Positions 12,911 through 26,848 of a DNA stretch of 64,000 nt are shown piece by piece. Both the position numbers and the translations under genes were made by a program. Source of the DNA: Selaginella moellendorffii (Eukaryota; Plantae; Lycopodiophyta); assembly GCF_000143415.4 (NCBI RefSeq), contig NW_003314354.1, forward strand, positions 652,705-716,704. The letters run 5' to 3'. Within the stretch, counting starts at the first letter, position 1. Each line of letters begins with the position of its first letter. The notes under the pieces are model-generated. The model saw only the letters and a program-made list of their open reading frames with translations. It did no database searches and was not told where the DNA came from.

Positions 12911-15029
12911 GGCTTTCGAATCTACGTGGATGATTTTGCAATGGGAAGCAGTTGGGATGAACATATTGCTCAACTCAGGCAAAATTTCCAATGCTGCAAA
13001 CTTTTCAATGTCCAGTTGAACCCTCGTAACTACCAGTTCTTTGTCTAAGAAGAGAAGTTGCTAGGCCACCTTGTGAGCAATAAGGTATTGAAGTATAGAG
13101 GCCAAAAGTTGAACAGCTGTATCACACTACCATACCTTCTACTATTCATCAGTTGCAGCATTTTCTTGGTGGCATTGGGTTTTTCTAGTGGTTTATTTGT
13201 GGTTATGTAGCTGGTACAAAACCACTTTATGATATGCTTTGGACTTCAATAGACTTTTCTTGGACTACACAATGTCAACAAACATATGAACCACTGTTGC
13301 AAGCTTGCTTTTCAAGCCCAGCATTGCAACCACCAAGCTATTATCATCTGTTTCACCTGTTTGTGGCAATCCACCATGATACCATTAATGTGGCACTCTA
13401 CCAACATCTCTCTTCACCATCAGCATTTTCTGCAATTTATTTCACTAGGCATAATTTGGAGCGAACAGAACTTTCAAAATCTCAAATGGATCAGTACTGT
13501 GAAGCAATTATATTTGCCTTTCAGAAACTTTGGCATTATTTGGGAGACTCAATAGCTGAATATCCTTCAATGATTGTTCATACATCAATCAATCCTCTCT
13601 CTTATTTGCTCAACTGATGAGTCTTACAGGGCAACATGCTCATTGGGTTCTTCAACTCCAGGTATTCAACTTCCTTATTCAAACTGAGCAGAAATGTATA
13701 TTAGATCCAGCATCCTTGGCATCACTTTTTATGGATGTGACTCTCTCACCGGCAGTGATACACACTGAAGTGTCATCTTATGTGGCAGTGGACCATCCTT
13801 GGTATTTAAACATTATTGCTCTTCTCCAAGGAGACTCTTGCTCTCATGTCACACAGCGTGAACACCGGCAACCCATCCAAAGAGCAGCTAAGTTTATTCT
13901 AGTGGATGACACACACTTTCAGAGACATGAAGATGGTATTCTGCTCTAGTGTGTGGATGGCAAAGAGGCCACTGAGATACTAGCAACTACACATGTTTGC
14001 AGTGGCCATTTTGCAGCGATGGCAACAAGCAAGAAAGTTCTGTGAGTGGGATATTACTGGCCAACCTTATACACAGATAGTGTTAAGTTTGTGCAACATT
14101 GTATACCTTGCCAACAATTTCATCCAGTCTGTCACAAGGATAAAATTGTGATGCACCTGATTGCACTAGGAGCACCATTGAAAGGGTGGAGTTTGGATTA
14201 CTCTGGTCCATTCTCATTGGCTACCAATTGGCATGCATATATCATAGCAGCCACCGATAGTGTCACAAAGTGGGCAGAAGCTATGTCCAGCTCAACTGCA
14301 GATCAACAGACAACTATTGATTTCATCTATACACATCTGTATTGTCAATTTGGTTGAATTCTTCTTTCAGATCGTGGTTCTCATTTTTTAGGAGCAGTGG
14401 TGGCTGATCTGATGCAGAAACTGGGGGTTTCACACTTGAAGTCCAGATCTTATTAGCCATAGGGAAATGGACAAGCAAAGGTCATGAATAATTCTTTAAA
14501 GTGCATCCTTTAGAAGTTGGTGCAGGATAATCCTAGATCATGGCCTACTTATCTCCCACATGCTCTGTGGGCTTATAGGACAAGAGAGAAGCTTCCCACT
14601 GGTATCACACCATTCAAACTGGTTTACGAGCTTGAAGCAATGCTCCCCATTCAGCTGAAATTACCAGCATACTGGGTATCTGTAGAAGGAGTCAATCCTT
14701 TGTCCAGTGACGCTTCAACTTCCACTCAGCATTGAGCGGATCAACTAATTTTTCTGGATGAAGACCAGAATCTAGCTATGCTGCATATTCAAATTCATCA
14801 ACTTAGTACAATACTGGCACATACTAAGCAGTGAGGAGAGACTTTCATTCTGGGGGACTTGGTCTGGAGGCTGGATGCTGCAATTGCTCATCTGGTGAAA
14901 TTTCAACCACCATGGATTGGTCCATATCAAGTACTTGGTGTGGCAGGTACCAACTCGTACCATCTCGTGGAGATCTCAGGTCGTAAGTTGCCAAATCCAA
15001 TCAATCATCTGAAGAGGTATTTTCTCTAA
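12911..15029 (+). mobile_element. Decayed Ty3/Gypsy pol (RT C-terminal part, RNase H, integrase), non-chromovirus type
   Basis: IYVDDF, KLLGHLVS, GYYWPTLYTD..CIPCQ, WSLDYSGPF, SDRGSHF, GNGQA, WPTYLPHALWAYRT, WIGPYQV and HLKRYF, with many stops and frameshifts. Confidence 0.9.
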
Positions 15030-16269
15030 CTTTTTTTTCCAGGTTTCTTAAATGTATATTTCATTTTGTTCCCATTTCTATTACAACTAATGCTAGCCTT
15101 TGCTAGAAATGTTTTTCATTTACAGGCCCAGACCTGAGTCGGGGCAAGATTGTGCTTGCTGTGGTAGTATCCCTGGAAAGCCTTGTCTCATTTGCATATT
15201 CTGGAAGGTAAATTCCTGCACAGGTTAGTGTCACCTGGTGAGGTAAAGTCTTCATTTTCCATGTAGCTAGTGTCCAAGCTGAGGATTAAGATCTATGTTA
15301 GTACATTTTCAAATCACTTATGATGTGCTTTGCATTGCCTATGTTGATTGTGTGGTCTCATTTTGTTTTGTTTATTTGTTTTCTTGCACTGTGGCTTGGG
15401 TGGGTTCAAGCAACCAGTCCTCGAAATTACCTTTATTGACAGTAGGCTATAAATGATGGTCCATTTGGTGTTCGGGATGTCTGAGTAGTGCTGGATTCCT
15501 ACTGAATATCTGCTGAAGCACTTAGTTCTTTTAGTATTGGGATCTAGCACTTTTGATAGTGACACCTAGATTTCAACCTAACTCATGGTGATTTGCATTT
15601 CTTTTTGTGAGTAGTGATGTATGTTCTTTTTTCTTTGCATTGTTGTTTTGGAGCTTGAGACATACAAACTTCTATATTTAATCCTCAGTTAGATATACAC
15701 TTTTGGAAAATGGAATTTTCTTCATCATTGAGACTTTCATTTGTGGGTGACACCCTCTTTTCTGCACACAGGATGTGTGTGCCCCAACTGGTACAGTATA
15801 AATGTACAGATGGGTGTATAGTGATATAAAGTAGGGTCACTACCTTTGTACCCATTTTTGAAGCAAGAAATGAAATAGCTTCCCATCATCTCTCTAGGCT
15901 CCTTAACTCTTTATGTGATGACAGTGCCATGGTGAAGAGAGAAGTAAGCAACAGCCCTGGGATGAGATCACCAATGCAATCTGTGACTACATGCTTGCTG
16001 ATGACCAGAAAAACATGGGGCAAGAGGAGTATCACTGCAAAACGAGCGTGGATGCTACCATCCTCGAGGACCTGGTCCGTTTTCAGGCCTTCATCCAGAA
16101 CGAAGCTGATTTTTTTGAATGTGTTATCAATCTGTGTCAATCCATGATTTCTTCAGTTTTGGATTGCTGTAGTGATTTCAAGGAGAAAATGGGAGGAGAT
16201 TTATCGATAGGAAGAACAACCTAGGGTTTAATTTCTCCCCCCTAGAAAATTTTCCCCCAGAGTGGAGCA

Positions 16270-17229
16270 TGGAACCCTGCCCTTATAGGAGGCCAAATGG
16301 CTCATTCAACATTTAAGCTATTAGTCCCAATCATAGAAACACCTCGGGACCTGCAAGAGAATTCAGCAACTGCCAAGGTTATAAGGAGAGCTGAACTTCT
16401 AATATGGGACGAGATAAGCATGGTACGCATTCACACTTTTAAAGCTGTCAAGAGGGTCTTGTGTGACATAAAAAACTGTGATACAGATTTTGGGGGCATC
16501 ACATTACACACAAACATGAGGGTGAACTTTGAAGAAAAGGAGGTTCAGAAATGGTAACCTACCTAGCCTCTAAGGTTCAACTAGGGAGTTATAAAATTAT
16601 CTCTANNNNNNNNNNNNNNNNNNNNNNNNNNNNNNNNNNNNNNNNNNNNNNNNNNNNNNNNNNNNNNNNNNNNNNNNNNNNNNNNNNNNNNNNNNNNNNN
16701 NNNNNTTGCACAAGCTACATATAAAAACTAGATATATAGTAATATTGTACACAACATCAACACTAAAAAGGCCTTTGTAATGGCACTAAACTAATTATAA
16801 CAAAGGCACTACCAAATGTTCTAAAAGCTGAAATTCTACTTAATGGTAAGCATGGAGAAAAAGTCCTTCTACCAAGAATCTCTTTCAAACTGACTGATAG
16901 AGACATGCTATTTATCCTCAAACAACAGCAATTCCTAATAAGGCTTGCATTCTCCATAACAATTTGCAAACCTTAGATACAAAGATTACAGAATGTGGAT
17001 ATCTACTTGCAAGATCAATTTTTGGCCACAATCAACTTTATGTTGTGCTTTCAAGGGGAACATCAAAGAAATGAATCACAATGTCCATCAAACAATGCAA
17101 GGGATAAGGTGTGCTCCAAAACCATAATGTCTATATAGAAAACATTGTGTATAAAGAAATTATCTAGGATTCATGTCACCAATGTAGCAAATTTCCTATC
17201 TATTCCAATGGAGCTGGATTCCTTACTAG
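16270..17229 (+). mobile_element. Helitron Pif1 helicase relic with 3' terminus (spans an N gap)
   Basis: AHSTFKL, LLIWDEISM, DFGG, GLCNGTKL, LPRISF, RLAFSITI, QLYVVLSR and NIVYKEI. Ends with a degenerate hairpin (tccaatggagctgga) and CTAG at 17226-17229 followed by T. Confidence 0.85.
16606..16705. other. Assembly gap (100 N)
   Basis: Run of N. Confidence 0.99.
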
Positions 17230-17569
17230 TGCCTTATAACAATTGTAAGAGGTTAAGCCTCACCTAAAAAATTTAATCTACACTTTTGATGTAACTTCAC
17301 CACCAAAATACCCCACTAGGACTGATTATCACTAATCTTAACCATATATCTTATTAGTTAATTTAGCATCTGACTATTCTTCCTTAACAAATTACTTATC
17401 TCAAGGTTGAGTGGCATTAGTGATTACTATTTGACTAGCAGCTATAAGCTATAGACTACTTTCCAAGTCCAACACTTCATCTTAGTGGACTTCATAGTAG
17501 ACATAGTCAGGTATGTTAAGATAAGTTTTAGATGTAAGAAGTTTTAAATGTATGTTGAAAATGTGAACA

Positions 17570-18330
17570 GGTTTGTTGTGCCATACAACAAATACCTCTT
17601 ATGTAAATACAGAGCACACATAAATGTCAAGGTGTGTTCCATTGTAAAAAGTGTTCAAATACATATACAATTCTGTGGAGGTACACCTTTGAAGTGATGA
17701 GAACTCAACACCCAAACAAGTACTAGATTGGGATGAAATAGAGGCATTCAAAAACTACATCTCTGCATCAGAAGGAATATAGAGGATCTATAGATATGAC
17801 TTACACAAGAGTCACATTTTGGGAAACCGTCAAAGTATTTATTTGAATCAGAGTAAGGAAAAGATCACATTACCAAGAGGCTATAAAACCAAACTGACAA
17901 AATGGTTTGAACTAAACAAGATCAATAAATTTGCAAGGACACTCTTGTACCATGAGATTTCTTAGTGGTATACATGGAATTCAAGAAATAGAATATGATC
18001 ACTGTCCCAATATGCAGGTGGTTAGTAAAATGTATAATGTATCACCACATAACTCTGAACATTTCTACCTATGTATGCTTTTGCTCTACAAAAAAGGTGT
18101 TACAAGTTTTAGCAACTTAAAGGTATTAAGCTGAATATGACATAAACCATTCTACTGCACAAGAACTGGGACTTCTACAAGATGATTGTGCGTAAGAGAA
18201 ATGCTTAGAAGAATTTTTGACATTTCTGATACTGGTAAAAGTAAGGTATCTATTTAGTGTTATGTGTTTGTTTTGCAAACTCACTAATCCCAAAACACTA
18301 CGGGATAAATTCAAGGAAGGCATGAAATTC
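17570..18330 (+). mobile_element. Helitron Rep (HUH C-terminal/linker) relic
   Basis: VVPYNKYLLCKYRAHINVKVC, YISASEG, KLTKWFELN, MYNVSPHNSEHFYLCMLL..KGVTSF, ELGLLQDD and RYLF...NPKTL. Many lesions. Confidence 0.85.
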
Positions 18331-18399
18331 TAATACCATGCAAGGCATTGCAATGATTTGCTAACTAGGGTAAATATATTTAGTTTATCAACAAATGGT

Positions 18400-20120
18400 T
18401 GCAATGGCAAGTGCTGATGATGACTCTAAAGTTTATACGACAGTCGAAGAAATTTTCAAGAAGATCAAGAAACAGCTTTAAAAATTCTCGAAGACTGAAT
18501 CCTCAAGAAATGAAGATTCATCTGATGATGAAGAAGAATATAACCTTGAATACAAGAAAAAGAACAAAAGGCAAGATCTCACCAAGATACTAAAAAAAGT
18601 CACAATCAAGAATGAACTCAAAGAAAGAATATAGTGTACAAAATGCAAGAATGAAAAACACATCACAATAGAATGTAAGTTATAAATTTCTAAATGCCAG
18701 ATTTGCAAAAGAGAAAGACATACTACAAAGATTTATTGATATCGAGGAGTTGTAGAAGTCACACGAGTTGAGAATTATCTTGAACTTCTTGACCGAATCG
18801 AAGACAATACAATCATTCTCAACAAAATCAACAATGGCAATTCAACTATCCAAATCAAGATATCAGAGAAGTTATAACTACAATTACCAAAACAACCAAA
18901 GACCACTAGCTTACCAACATGCTTATCAACAATCGTATCAAAAAAATAAACAGTAGAGACCACCTCCACAATAGAACAACTACCAGCAGTAGTACCAAAA
19001 TAATCGATAATCCCTCTCAATAATCAAATTATTAACAGCAACCACAACAATACGAACAACAACCTCGAGCATATCCTCAAAACAACTATCAACAACAATC
19101 TCAAACTCCAGATTTTCGACCTCAATATCAACAACAATAAAATCAAGGAAATCTACCAACTCAGAACAATCAACAAAACTGAAGACCTCCACCAACAGTA
19201 AAGAATGTCAACATAGAACTAGTCAAAAAGGAACAATATGAAGATGAACTAGAAATCCGAGTTCTCACATAAAGTCAAAAGAAGCATATAAATCATCAAA
19301 AAGAAGATCTTAATGACAAAACTAAAGAATAGGAAACTCAAGACCAAAAACAAGAAATTTTGAGAGAAGAATGGCAACATTATTGAACATTGAATAATTA
19401 GCATGCAAAGAGATGAGACTTGGACCAAGTCAACCGGAACCCTTCAACATCAAGATGGTTGACAATAGAAGTGTACAACCATTTGGAATCATCCGCAACT
19501 TCCCAATCAAGATCAAAGATCAAGAGTTCAAAATCACTTTTATCAAACTCAAGATAACTAAAGAACACTATTCCTATGAAGTACTTCCACAAGTGCAATG
19601 AAGAAAAATCCAAAGAAATTTTGACCAACTATTATCGAACACTACAACTGGAATGAAGGCCTCAATGACTATGAAGAAGCATAAATCTTAAACATGTACC
19701 TAGAATTGAAGTCAAAGTGGATCTCAATCGAGTTAAAGCCCAACTCAATTTGCTCAAAGAAGCTTGAAACTCAAGAAACTTTATTCAAGGAAAAACTCTT
19801 GACTTGAGAAGATTCAACACTCAAGACTACACCAGCAGAGATCAAGAAACAGCATGATTGATCAGGAATCAAACATGAGCAACTACAACCAATTCAATAA
19901 CAAATTGACCTCAAGGAAGAATTAGCTCATAGACAAGAAAGATTTTAACTCAAGTTAATTCTCAACCTTGAAGAACCAATTGACGAAATCAACTTAGGAA
20001 CCAAAGGTGAACCACAAAAGCTTCATATCACTAAAGATCTAGATCACGCCTTCAAAGACAAAGCAATTGACATTCTAGACAGTTATAAAGATGTTTTCAC
20101 TTGGTCTTACACAGATTTGT
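18400..20120 (+). mobile_element. Decayed Ty3/Gypsy gag-protease region (Tat/Athila-like)
   Basis: Two degenerate CCHC knuckles (CTKCKNEKH...C, CQICKRERH), an N/Q-rich linker, the protease C-terminal half PFNIKMVDNRSVQPFGII, and pre-RT EINLG...YKDVFTWSY. Confidence 0.7.
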
Positions 20121-21196
20121 GAGGAAACCCTCCCGAGATCTGAATGTATTAAATCGAACTTCTTCCTCAGACTGTACCACGGAAACAATCAGCATACTGA
20201 AAGAACCCCAACATGCAACTAAAAGTCCTAGGTGGCACAGGCCGCTTCAATGCTTTGGCAGAACCAGGAGACCGGAACCAACATGTGTGGTGCGCCACAG
20301 CTTGGGCTAGCTGATTGGTTTGGAGCTAGAACCATCTGAGGTGTCAGATTGGTCCACATGACAAAGGGTATAGGGTTCTTGGAGTGGATGGTAGGAGCAG
20401 GCACTAGGAACGAGAGACAAAGGTCAGGGTGTGGCTGGAGGGCAGCACAGTTGGTTGGCGTGTTGTTTTGGACTTGGCTTTGATCTTGGTGTGTTGATCC
20501 TTGTTTCGATCCATAAGCTTGGCCAGAGGCATACTAGTAAACTACTACAAGTCACGCTTCCGGCTAACAGAAATCGGCCACATAGCCTACTTCAAATCCA
20601 TCTATGGATTGATGGGGCCGCTACAACGGACGGTGAAAAAAGTTGTCGAGGGTCTTGCTTATGAGCGGCATGGTGACGTGATGAAGCTGGAGTCCCACAG
20701 CACAAAGCACACATAAAGGCTATGATCTCATGCAAAACGTGAGCACACCGGTGTATATACAGTGAAGGAGGAGATCGACTTCCTATAGGCTTACACACGA
20801 TGGAGGCTCAGTTCTAGAGCATTGTCACGAACCTGATGTGGTTGTGCTTACTCTTTTGCCAGCTCATCTGAAGTATCCAATTCGTAAAAACCAGTTGTAG
20901 CTATGAAAAGTAAAAATGTTCTGTTCTTCAAGTTAAGTCAAGAAAATTGTGGTTGGTCAACTACATAATGCCCTGCTATCACCAGCCTCGGTATCCCCAA
21001 AGAGAAATCACAAAATAGTTCGAACAGCACCTTGGTCTCAATGTAGTGCAGCTCGAATGCAGACTCCATAAAAAGGAGCGTCACATTCATGACAGGCGCA
21101 GCTCGAGAATCGCTGCTGCCGAGGTAGCAGTTAGGTTTAAAATCGTAGAAATCTCGGGGTCTGATTCAAGTTAAAATGCTGTGATCCCTGCAAACT

Positions 21197-23747
21197 ATGA
21201 CGAATTCCACGGAAAAAAGGGCAAATCCTCCAGTAGCTTGGTCCAGTAGGCGAGGCAGAAGTGTCGGATCTTCGCGTGGATCGAGTCCAAGCATAAGAAA
21301 CCCATCGGAGCGTGAGAAAGAGCACGCTACCATCCAGGATATTATTCGCTTGTCCAAAGAGAGGCATTACACAACGGGAAAAAAAGTTCCTTTGTTCTTC
21401 GAGCATTTGGCTTGTTTCCAAGTGAGAGCAGCAGCTGTTCAATTTCCACAAAGGTATAGTCCATGGACCCTTAGTCGCTGACCTGTAAAACAAAGAACGC
21501 AGATTCAAACTAGGATTGTCTATGGAAGATGGAAAGGATTATATGGACCTCCTGGAGCATTGTATACACAATTGCACGCAAGAAAACTGTCCAGCTCTAG
21601 AAACCATTCGGCTACAGGTACGAAACTTTCTTCTCGCTCCAAACAAGGGCACCCTTCTGCAGATAACAGCTCAAGCAACAGCCTTTCTGGAGTTGAAAGC
21701 TTGCGCTGAAGAAAGAGTGAATGAAGCAAAGGTGCTGCAAACAATTCTCGCCGATATTCCTCAAATAAAGGTTTGCTATAATTTCTGATCCAGCATACCC
21801 TCCCTTCAGTGTACTACAGGTCATTGACATGAGAGAAACTTTCAAGACAGTGGAGTTGCTTCAAGGCCGCATTCTCGATTATATGATGGAATGTGGGAGG
21901 CAAATGGCGGACAACGTGGATGTAACCGAAGAGATGGAAGCCGAAATAACTACAACTTTTAAAAGCATTTTCCCTCAAGAAAGCTGCTTGTTTTGGATGG
22001 ATCTTCCTTCAGCAGAAAAGGAACGCCAAGTTGTAGATATAGCAGCCGTTATACAAGGTGTTCGCATTTACAACAAGTAAGGCTTGAGTTTCCAAGTCAT
22101 TTGTTATTATTCAGTTTTCTTAGGCATCTGTCAAAAGGCGGAAAAACTCTTAGCCTCCCATTTGACCTCTACAAGCACGAGAAAAAAATGTTAACCGAAA
22201 AAGTGCTCCAGCTTCTTCAAATTTTGAGCGAGAGAACTCACGTCTCCGCTAGTGCCATTACACTTCACATTCACTCTCTTGGAATACAACACGTACTTAT
22301 TCAAAGACTACGAGACGAGCTTAATTACCACCTCCAAGCTTTTGCCATTCTTGAAGATTTCCAATCCTTTTTGGACGAAAGATTTGCTTTCGTAACAGAT
22401 CTTATGGACCAGTTCTCACGGAAACTAAACGTCCTTTGCGACATTATCAGCGACCGACCCTGTGTAGCAACTGAACTAGTATGATACCTAATGAATCTTA
22501 TATGTATTGACAATTTGAATCCAGGTTTTCCCGCAATTTAAAGCATTGGGAAACCTGCACAAGTCGATGCTTGAAGAGCTTCGGCTGCTTCGAGCACATC
22601 AAAGGGCTTGCAGTCCTTTTTTATCATTGGCTGCTGAGCCTCAGTTTGATTGTACTCCAACAGGGTTTGCAAACCTTTGGAAGAAAACGGGATGGACGAT
22701 AAACTATCATACGGATTGGAAAAATTCCCCTCTTGGTCTTGCAAAGCTCAAGGTTCTGATTATGTACACAACATTTTTACAAAAGGATTTGTACAATGTG
22801 ACCTGGGACGAAAACGAGGCCCTGTAAGTTCCTGAAGCTGGTAATCTGTGTTCCTATAACAAGATTTATTTTCTATTTGTCAAGCATCAAGGCGGGATCT
22901 TCCGACGAAGGGGAGGGAAGAGTGCTCACAAGTTGCGAGATTGACGCGGCATTTGAAAGTGAAAGAGAAATCCACCTTGGCGGATATTGCCCTGTCACAT
23001 TAGCAAAGTACCGTGGCCTTCTTCTTCACGGTGATCCAGACGTTGGACTGGTTGAGTTCGAAGAAAAGCTTTTTGCATTTTCGACTGAAGAGGATCTAAG
23101 GGAGTAAGTTAAAGGAAAATCGATCACATTTTGATATATTTGATACCTAGGTTTGCAAGAAGTCCTTCACTGTTTCTTAGGACGGTAGAAAACGTGGTAC
23201 ATAAAATGCCGCAGCTTGTTCACCTCTTGCGGCTTCAGCAATGCCCAAAACTTTTATCCCTTGCAATCTCTGAGGTATGTCTTCTTTGTGAAAGAAAACA
23301 ATATTTCACTATATTGCTGTAGATCATTGATCCCTCGAGTGAGCCATTTTCCTGTGAATTCTCGACTCAAACGGCCATTCACATTGGCCAGCCTCATCGC
23401 TGGACGGATGAGGCGTTTTACGAAAGGTAAAATTCTTGTGATAGTATTTGTAGCAACTTCTTTCTTTGTGAATAAATCAGGGCCTTGGAACTACAGAACA
23501 AACTCACAGACAGCACCCAAACAGAGACTTCATATTTCAAGCGAACGAGCTCCACTCAGGTTGGTTATGAATTATATGCTTTTCTGTAAGAGGCTTTTCT
23601 TTTTAGGTGTGGCTACCCAAAGAAAAATGGACTCAAACTCGGTTCAATAAAGGAACCAAAATGACACGTCATGTCAGACATCTGCATGGCCTTGTTGGTC
23701 CTCCCACCGTACAGTTTAAAATGCTTCGTACAAAATATGATGTCTAA
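21197..23747 (+). CDS. CFAP206: Cilia- and flagella-associated protein 206 (multi-exon, short introns; e.g. intron 1 21454-21502)
   Basis: Spliced motifs are collinear with CFAP206/FAP206 as I recall it: PALETIRLQV, FKSIFPQ..EKERQVVDIAAVIQGVRIYNK, ELVFPQF, GGYCPVTL..GLLLHGDPDVG....KLFAF, FARSP...PQLVHLLRL, STQT.H and STQTETSYFKRTSSTQVWLPKEKWTQT. Stop TAA at 23745-23747. Some internal splice sites are uncertain. Confidence 0.88.
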
Positions 23748-24754
23748 GTATGGAAAAGTCTCTTTCTAAGCTCCCGCTGACATCAGAAGTTAAGACATTG
23801 TCTAATACTAGATGCTTAGCTTATCTTGTACGTCCTGGCAAAGGACTTCTTCCTTATAACAATAGGCTTTCCGGCAATATCATGATCATCACCAGGGGAC
23901 TTCAAAAATTCTTGTGGTCATGTACAATGAATTCCTCAGGCTTAGTAGTGTTCCTTCGACTAACTAATGCGAACAACGTTAACAGGTATCTTTTATTGAA
24001 GTTATGATAGATTTGAAGTGCATAGTTACCTAATTTTTGCTCTCGAATTTATTTTAATTTTTTTTTAAAAAAATACAATTGATTAACTGGCATGACCCAT
24101 GAATTTCCCAGTCAAATATTTACCTGTCCAAATCGATTGCAAGCTCTCTGTTTCATCATTTGCAACAACTCGTAGGCCTGCACTTCAAAGTCTGAATGTG
24201 GCACTCTAAAGTTTCAGAGATGTTTTTAGTTGTCACATAAAACTCCACCAGGAGTGCATAGACTTCCTCCTGCGCACAGCAGCTTCCTAGAATCATATTC
24301 AATATTTGTATGATTTGAAGTGCCATTCTACCTCCATGTTGATGAGATCTGTGCTAGGGTCTTTCTTCCAGTAAGGTCTTTCTTTAGCATCATTTGAAGC
24401 TGAAAATACTTTCCTTTCGCACATGTGGTTGTCAGGGTATTCGATGTAGCTGCGCTTTTTCTAAGAGGCGGCTATAGCAACAGCAAGAAAACGCAATTGG
24501 TCCACGTAATGCTTATGTCCTCGTTTTCTTCCCTCTTCTACCATGTTTTCATTAAGTCAAGCGTGTTTCACTAATAAACCTCCTGTAAACGATGGAAACC
24601 CACACTACTGTTACATATTGAATGTTTGCAGCAAAGAGCAACTTTTCAGGTAGCAATTCTTTTACCGCAGTTGGCGGTTCAATTAGCGGAGCTCGATCCT
24701 TGCTAATATCAGCCACCCTTCGCTTAAAAGCAGTTAGAGCAGTTCACTAGCGAC

Positions 24755-26278
24755 ATGGATGCCATGCCGTTCGTCAAAATCTTTCTGAATTTGAAGCTTT
24801 TAAAGGTTGTTCTTGTGGTCTTATTGTTCACATCCCTGCTGGTCCCCACCTTGGTTATTCGAAATCTTTCCTTTGCCCATAAGAGCAGCAAAGACTGTCT
24901 ACGCTTGGGCAAGAGAGCACAATTCGTCATCAATCCTCCAATCTCAAATTCCCCTAACGCAAGAACTTGCTTGAGCAGGGAATTCCAGCAAAATTTATGG
25001 AAGGAAGTACATACCATTCCAGCTCCACTATCCAAAGCATTGAGAGAGTATGAGAAGATGCACGAGAGATGTTATCTGGGACGAAACTTAACGCAAGCTA
25101 TTTTGCATCCAGATCCCCGCGATCACTGCAGATATCTCGTTCATGCGGAAGCTGATGGCCTTGGGAACCGTCTCCTAACGTTAGCCACGGCGTTCATGTA
25201 CTCGCTGCTCACAAACCGGGTTTTCCTTGTCGATAGAAGAGGCCATCTGTCTAAGCTTCTCTGTGAGCCATTTAATCACTCGTGGCTTTTACCAGAGGAT
25301 TTCCCGTATCATCTTATTGATAAAGCGCCAAAGCTGGGAACCATAAACAACTCAGAGCTTGGTAATATTGTCCGCCTTTTCCTGGTGAACGCGGAGACAG
25401 GAGACCAGCGATTCTTTTGTCCTGAAACAAGATCCGATCTTGAGGATGTACCATGGATAATATGGGCCAGCAACTTGTACTACGTACCTCGGCTTTTTAC
25501 GTTTCCCGAGTTCTGGATGCGACTCACCATCTGGTTCCCAGACGTCTCCTTAACTTTCACACAACTAAGTAAATATTTGTTGTTACCCCAGAACCATGTT
25601 TGGCACAAGATTACTCGTCTACGTTCGTCATACTTATCTACACCTGGAAAGCAGCTTGGTATGCAGGTGCGGTTGCATCACAGAGGCGATCCAGCAGTTT
25701 TTCATCGTCCTTCACTCGAACGAATCTTGCAATGCCTTACCGAGAACAAACTATTGTCATCAGTTGTCAATGCAGACTTCGCCAAGAATAATTCCATTAG
25801 ATATGAAGAGCCAAAGAAACCGATCAAAGTAATGGTTACTTCCTTGCAAGTCAAGTACTATGAAGAGTTGAAAAACAATTTTATGAACTATCCTACTGCA
25901 GATGGAAGGCTAATAGAGGTGCACACCTTCTCTAGTGACGGAGTTCAAACCGACAGCTTAGAACAAGCTGTCAATGCCATGGTAGAAATTTGGCTTCTAA
26001 GTACGAGTGACGTGTTCGTTAGCAGTAGCTGCTCCACATTCGGATACGTGGCTCAAGCGCTGGCTGGATTGCGTCCTTACATTCTTAACATTCAAGGCGA
26101 TGACCTTGAAAACTGCGAGCTAACAGCATGCTCTGTTGGACAATCATCCGATCCCTGCAATCACTATCCTTTTTTCAGAGACTGTGAGGACTTGGAAAAG
26201 ACGAAAGCTCATTTTGAATGGGAAAAGATACACATCAAAGGCTGTCAAGACGAATGGGAAGGCATTCAGCTGGCATGA
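24755..26278 (+). CDS. FUT: Xyloglucan galactoside 2-alpha-L-fucosyltransferase family (GT37), intronless, 507 aa, N-terminal type II membrane anchor
   Basis: GLGNRLLTLATAFMYSLLTNRVFLVD, LLCEPF..SWLLPEDFP, LGMQVR, EIWLLSTSD and STFGYVAQALAGLRPYIL. Hydrophobic segment near the N-terminus. Confidence 0.95.
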   Translation: MDAMPFVKIFLNLKLLKVVLVVLLFTSLLVPTLVIRNLSFAHKSSKDCLRLGKRAQFVINPPISNSPNARTCLSREFQQNLWKEVHTIPAPLSKALREYEKMHERCYLGRNLTQAILHPDPRDHCRYLVHAEADGLGNRLLTLATAFMYSLLTNRVFLVDRRGHLSKLLCEPFNHSWLLPEDFPYHLIDKAPKLGTINNSELGNIVRLFLVNAETGDQRFFCPETRSDLEDVPWIIWASNLYYVPRLFTFPEFWMRLTIWFPDVSLTFTQLSKYLLLPQNHVWHKITRLRSSYLSTPGKQLGMQVRLHHRGDPAVFHRPSLERILQCLTENKLLSSVVNADFAKNNSIRYEEPKKPIKVMVTSLQVKYYEELKNNFMNYPTADGRLIEVHTFSSDGVQTDSLEQAVNAMVEIWLLSTSDVFVSSSCSTFGYVAQALAGLRPYILNIQGDDLENCELTACSVGQSSDPCNHYPFFRDCEDLEKTKAHFEWEKIHIKGCQDEWEGIQLA

Positions 26279-26814
26279 AAGATGTGGCCATAAAATATGA
26301 AACTGCCGAGGAGTTGTCTCTTGGCTCAAAGTTAGCGGCAGGTTCACCTGTATAATGATAGGTTAAAGTTTATGACATATCCTCCAGTTTTAATATGTTA
26401 TATGATGATGATAAACATATTATCTTGCACACTCAAGAAAGGATTATCAAATACATATCATTCAAATAAAATATAGTTACAATCCTAAAGGCGAATTATT
26501 GAAAATGTTTGTGATGAAGCATTTTTTATAAATACTCTTAACACAAATGTAAAGAAAATATTATGCACGTGGTTTTGTAGCATCATGGTATACATTTATA
26601 GATTTATTTTTTGCGAGTAGCATGCAATTAATCATAGCAGCGTGTAATCCTAGTAGCGCTAACCTCTTAAAAAACACCCAGGAAAAACGTGCTAGTCTGT
26701 AAGCATTAAGCTTATGTAGCCCCTTTTCTGCATATCACCTAGTTTTTTCATTTCCGAAGTTATTTAACTTATTATCTTGGAGGTGGTAAGTAAAGTAAGT
26801 GTTTGGTGTAAGTG

Positions 26815-26846
<32 letters not shown>
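26815..26846. repeat. (GT)n microsatellite
   Basis: Direct observation. Confidence 0.95.
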
Positions 26847-26848
<2 letters not shown>

